Assembly (NCBI GenBank): GCA_038064415.1
Contig: JBBTTD010000001.1
Coordinates: forward strand, 13,738-77,737
Length of the DNA: 64,000 nt
Direction: 5' to 3'
Origin: Patescibacteria group bacterium
GTDB taxonomy: Bacteria > Patescibacteriota > Minisyncoccia > Phycocordibacterales > PALSA-1337
Shown: positions 62,023 to 64,000 of the stretch, piece after piece
Layout: each line of letters begins with the position of its first letter
Position numbering within the stretch: position 1 is the stretch's first letter
Position numbers and translations under genes: made by a program
Notes under the pieces: generated by a model
Database searches by the model: none
What the model saw: the letters and a program-made list of their open reading frames with translations, nothing else
Told to the model about the DNA's origin: nothing

Positions 62023-62030
62023 AAAATAAC

Positions 62031-62459
62031 ATGGGTAAAAAAAGAATTGTCACAACTGGCGGAAATGAAATAACTGATGCAAAAAAGGCACCAGTTGTCT
62101 CAGCCAAGAAGCGCTTGGACTCGGGAATTTTGCATGTCCAATCAACATACAACAATACCAAAGTCATGCTAACAGATACTAAAGGCAACGCTATAATGTG
62201 GGGTTCAAGTGGTGGGGCTGGTTTTCGCGGCGCAAAGAAAGGGACGCCATTTGCGGCCGCAAAAGTAGGAGAAACTTTAGCGCTTAAGGCGCAAAATATT
62301 GGCCTGAAAGAGGTCGCAGTTGTAGTAAAAGGTGTTGGTTCTGGTCGTGAATCAGCAATCCGTGGATTCATAAGCAAAGGGATTATCATCACATCTATCA
62401 AGGATATGACCCCGATACCATTCAATGGCCCACAACCAAAAAAGCCAAGACGCGTATAA
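62031..62459 (+). CDS. rpsK: 30S ribosomal protein S11
   Basis: STYNNT, GFRGAKKGTPFAA, KGVGSGRESAIR. Confidence 0.97.
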   Translation: MGKKRIVTTGGNEITDAKKAPVVSAKKRLDSGILHVQSTYNNTKVMLTDTKGNAIMWGSSGGAGFRGAKKGTPFAAAKVGETLALKAQNIGLKEVAVVVKGVGSGRESAIRGFISKGIIITSIKDMTPIPFNGPQPKKPRRV

Positions 62460-62503
62460 TATCCATACTTTTTATTTAATATTTATATAATTTATTTACC
62501 ATC

Positions 62504-63109
62504 ATGTTGATCGGTCCACGATACAAAAAAGCTCGATACCTAGGTGCCGCAGTCTTCAGAAAGACTCAAACTCCGAAGTATGCGATGCGTTCACAACGCA
62601 AAACAAAGACTACCAAGCGTCGTGGTCAGAAAAGTGAGTATGGACGACAGTTATTGGAAAAACAGAAAGCTCGATATAGCTATGGTGTTTCTGGGGGTCA
62701 ATTTACTAACTATGTAAAGTCAGCTTTACAGACCAAGGGTGATAATGCCAAGAACCTTCTTCGAATATTGGAGGGTCGTCTAGACAATATAGTTTTGCGC
62801 GCTGGTTTCGCATTGAGTCGTTCGGCGGCTCGTCAAATGGTGTCTCATGGACATATTTGCGTAAATGGAAAAATTACTAACATCCCTTCATATCAAGTAA
62901 AAATTGGCGAAATTATTACTATCCGCGAAGGTAGTAAGAATAAAGTTATTTTTAGTAGATTGGATGAAGAGTTCAAAAATATGAAGTGGCCATTATGGTT
63001 GAAAGTGGATGCTGACAAAAGGGAAATCAAGGTTGAAGGTGATCCTAGTACCGATTTGAGTGAACTGCTTTTTGATGTTCGTTCAGTGCTTGAGTTCTAT
63101 ACTCGCTAG
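62504..63109 (+). CDS. rpsD: 30S ribosomal protein S4
   Basis: SEYGRQLLEKQK, LEGRLDNIV, ARQMVSHGH, VLEFYTR. Confidence 0.97.
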   Translation: MLIGPRYKKARYLGAAVFRKTQTPKYAMRSQRKTKTTKRRGQKSEYGRQLLEKQKARYSYGVSGGQFTNYVKSALQTKGDNAKNLLRILEGRLDNIVLRAGFALSRSAARQMVSHGHICVNGKITNIPSYQVKIGEIITIREGSKNKVIFSRLDEEFKNMKWPLWLKVDADKREIKVEGDPSTDLSELLFDVRSVLEFYTR

Positions 63110-63160
63110 ACAAGAACTGTTTTTAATGTATAATTAATCTTCTATTATTTTATAAATACT

Positions 63161-64000
63161 ATGACACACGACCTCATCTTACCTTCAAAGCCAAGAATTA
63201 TTAGTGAACAAGGCGCCAACGGAGTTTATGAAATTGATGGTCTTTATCCAGGTTATGGACACACCCTCGGCAATTCTCTTCGTCGAATCATCCTTTCATC
63301 TTTACCGGGAGCAGCCGTTACCAAAGTCAAAATCAGTGGCGTGGAGCATGAATTTTCCACTATTGATGGAGTTAAGGAAGATGTCATAAACATTCTACTT
63401 GCTTTGAAGAAATTACGTGTTCATCTGACTACAGATGAACCAGTGTTATTAAACCTTAAGGTCAAGGGAATCAAACAGGTTACAGCCAAAGACATTGACG
63501 CTCCAGGTCAAGTTGAAATTCTCAATAAAGATCTGCATATTGCATCATTGACTGAAAAATCTTCAGAACTTGATATAGAAATTACAGTTGAAAAAGGTCT
63601 TGGATATGTTTCAAAAGAAGTTATCCAAAAAGAGCGAGTTGACATTGGTTCAATAACTTTAGACGCAGCATTCACGCCGATTCGCAAAGCAAACTATGAA
63701 GTTGAAAATATGCGTGTTGGCGACCGAACAGATTTCAATCGTCTTCGTCTAATGATAGAAACTGATGGCACTATCACTCCTCGTGAAGCACTTGAGCAAT
63801 CAATAACTATTATGATTCATCAGCTCAAAGCTGTTATCGGCTTTGTTGAAAAAGAGGAGAAGTCAAAAGATGCCGAAGAAGTTTCCAATGAAAAATCAGC
63901 CGGAGCAGAAGGATCACTCAAGGATGTTGATGCCGATCTTTTGAAAACTCGGGTTGATTCGCTTGGTTTTTCATCACGAACCGCCAAAGCTTTAATGAAC
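63161..64000 (+). CDS. rpoA: RNA polymerase alpha subunit (3' partial; absent from ORF track)
   Basis: MTHDLILPSKP..GYGHTLGNSLRRIILSSLPG..HEFSTIDGVKEDV; open to window end. Confidence 0.96.
   Translation, partial: MTHDLILPSKPRIISEQGANGVYEIDGLYPGYGHTLGNSLRRIILSSLPGAAVTKVKISGVEHEFSTIDGVKEDVINILLALKKLRVHLTTDEPVLLNLKVKGIKQVTAKDIDAPGQVEILNKDLHIASLTEKSSELDIEITVEKGLGYVSKEVIQKERVDIGSITLDAAFTPIRKANYEVENMRVGDRTDFNRLRLMIETDGTITPREALEQSITIMIHQLKAVIGFVEKEEKSKDAEEVSNEKSAGAEGSLKDVDADLLKTRVDSLGFSSRTAKALMN

Overview
Core-genome segment of a low-GC, streamlined bacterium using the standard code (TGA is stop). Gene content fits Patescibacteria/CPR, Parcubacteria-like: short AlaRS/ValRS/UvrC, GWAWSSNIGW-repeat surface protein, few Shine-Dalgarno sites. 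It carries uvrB/A/C, ddl, zwf, the mraZ-rsmH-ftsL-ftsI-murF cluster, valS, iscS, rpsP-khpA-trmD, rpoB/rpoC, typA, a pilB/pilC/pilin-like cluster, ychF, leuS, mltG, mnmA, alaS, the infA-rpmJ-rpsM-rpsK-rpsD-rpoA block and four tRNAs. Standout observations: (1) a ~750-nt stretch without a credible ORF (44149-44905, minus strand) that looks like a large ornate ncRNA, with seven GYAA loops, long-range helices and a terminator; (2) five unrelated long hairpins with 30-38 bp near-perfect stems, one in-frame inside uvrB; (3) a REP/REPIN-like palindrome AGGTCNGACCT at about 12 loci, including in-frame copies; (4) further palindromic elements translated inside uvrA, leuS, iscS and uvrC; (5) a tRNA-Ala(CGC) with A3-U70 and a Glu-like body, together with an AlaRS lacking the G3:U70-reading Asp. 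All calls come from reading the sequence; no searches or folding were run.
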